The position numbers and the translations under genes are program-made. The notes under the pieces are model-generated. The model saw nothing but the letters and a program-made list of their open reading frames with translations, was not told the DNA's origin and ran no database searches. DNA of 64,000 bases from Chrysomallon squamiferum (Eukaryota > Animalia > Mollusca), in NCBI GenBank assembly GCA_012295275.1, contig CM022667.1:9858001-9922000 (forward strand), read 5' to 3'. Positions 61,731 through 64,000 of the stretch are shown here, piece after piece (position 1 is the first letter of the stretch; each line of letters begins with the position of its first letter).

Positions 61731-62477
61731 CAAATAGAGCAAGTGAGGAGACATAATAAATTACCAAAAGAATGTGTCTTGAGTAGAATGGTCGTGAAAC
61801 ACAATGACATACGGCCAAAAACAATACCAACAACAACAGTGCCGTAACTCCATCAGTTCATAATGTAGATCATACCAGAGTCGAAGGTTAAAACAAATTC
61901 CGTGATGTATGAATGAAGTGACTGACTGAATGCCTGTAAGAATGAAATGAAATACATATTACAAATACGAATAAGGAATGAATTATTTTATTTCTTAATA
62001 AAACTATTTTTTGTTATTTGTTATTTTTTTTTTTTTTTTGTTTTTATTTTTTTTTTTTTTTTTAGTAACGTTCTTTTTCTTCCTCCTATTCTTGTCCTTC
62101 CTTCCTATTCTGTTTCTTCTTTTTCGTCTTGTTTCTTCTCCTTCTTCTTCTTCTTATTATTATTGCTGACTTACTGATTGGTTTACTCTTTTATTATACA
62201 TCTAAATGAATTAAAATATATTTTGTAACGAAGGAACTATCGAATGAAAAAATAAATGTAAAAGCATTTTGTAATAAATAAAAATTATATTTCCGACTTG
62301 GAGGGAAATAATCATCAAATTGTTTTTCGTTTTTTTTTTTTTTTTTTCGTTTTTTACAAAAAAATACACAAATAAATATTTTTATTAAAATAATTGACTT
62401 ATTTACTGATTTATGTTTTATATTATTTATTATATTATTAAAAAAAAAAAAAAAATTGTACCACCGAAACACACTTT

Positions 62478-62556
<79 letters not shown>

Positions 62557-64000
62557 GTTTTTGTCTCTGTCTCTTCTTCTCTCTTTCAAGAAAAAAAAAG
62601 AATCTTGTATCACACTGCGTGATAAGGATTTGATGAAAAACTGTGAATAATTGCTGACCTAATTCTCAATCGTTCGTTCTGGATATCACTGAGTTTTTGT
62701 TAACATCAGTTGAACTGTTTAGACTGAGACTAACCCATTGATTTATCTCTTCTTCTTTTCTTTTTTTCCTTAACGCATACTTGAATTAATTATTTAAAGA
62801 TCTAAGGTTGTCAAATAGAGCAGTCCAAACAGGTAAAACTAGTTAAAGAGGTCACCGTGGTTTTAAATCATCACACGCACTTCGGCAATTGAAATGTTGT
62901 AGTGGTTGTCGTTGTGGTGATAGTAGTAGTGTTAATATTATCAACAGTGACTGTAGTGGTAGTACAGTACTCGTAGTTATCGTCGTAACGACGGTGTTGT
63001 AGTAGCAGTTCTAGAAGTAGATGATTAACATTTTATTGTCTATTTTATTTTTTAAGAAGGACGTCCACACTGAAATATCAAATGGTTCGTTGATGCGCGT
63101 TTATATAAACAATTCAAAAATTAATTTTCAGTTTTCTTTCATGTTATTGAACTGTTATTACGTGTCCAAATTGTTTTCTGAAAGAGAACCGAAATTTTAT
63201 CTTCTACGTTATCTTCACAATAATGCCATTTTATGTTTTCACTGTGTGCACATGTATATGACGTAACTTTGGATACAATGACATTGGAGATATGAATGTA
63301 TATGGTCAAATTGGGAAATTGTATGTTCTTATTAATATATATTACCTTTTTGACATTTTTTATTTTTATTTTTATGAAAAGGTTTATTTATTTATGTAAA
63401 AAAAATACTTAATTTAATTTTTTTACCAAATGAAACAATGTCACATTCATAAGTTAGAAATCTATATGAGAACGGGGAATAAAAAAAAAAAAAAAAAAAA
63501 AACTGTTTGTAAATTTGAATCAGACTCGTAAATGTTCTTTTGAAGTCGCTCTTAGCTTCTTCGGTTGCGAAAGGGTCCTTGACCCATACACGTAACAACG
63601 AACATTTGCTTACCCAGCCGATCTGTTATTTGGTTACTTCTTAGAATCCAGTCACAGAGTGTATTTAGCCTGCCGGCGATTGACAGCGAGCCGAGTTTCA
63701 TTGTAACAGGTACGTCAAACATAAAATACATTTTTTGTATATTTAAACTGTTCAGATATATTTATTAGCAATAGCGATCTCTTATAGTAATCGATATAGT
63801 ATATTTAGTCGAAATTTCTAGATTAATTGTTACTTGATGATAATTAGAACTTGCGTCCCGTGACTCGTTTAGATTGTAGTTGTAAAATGGCTTCAGGATG
63901 TATTTCAAGTGAAACAGAAAACACGATCGTGTTAAGATTATATAGAGAGAGAGACCAGAAGGAAGATGTAGTGAGGGACAGATTGATGTTAATTTATGAC

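Overview
Eukaryotic, very AT-rich and microsatellite-dense genomic DNA with spliceosomal introns; the repeat content suggests a mollusc, probably a gastropod (inference). From left to right: (1) a head-to-head pair of small spliced genes, missed by the ORF track, each encoding a 17-aa signal peptide plus a six-cysteine C-C-CC-C-C (inhibitor cystine knot) peptide of 70 and 61 aa, with divergent TATA boxes about 290 bp apart; (2) a complete 14-exon TTLL9 tubulin polyglutamylase gene (439 aa) containing a U12-type minor intron; (3) a ~25 kb tandem array of a 3.7-4.8 kb unit (about 14.5-39.8 kb) that appears to carry a decayed RMDN-family gene, plus SINE, hAT-MITE and LINE relics; (4) a repeat-rich spacer with a ~215 bp inverted repeat pair; (5) two tandem single-coding-exon GT10 alpha-1,3-fucosyltransferase genes with patchwork identity, the first with two homopolymer frameshifts, and the start of a third duplication unit at the window edge. 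Almost all other ORFs in the track are microsatellite artefacts. All calls were made by eye; no database search was run.
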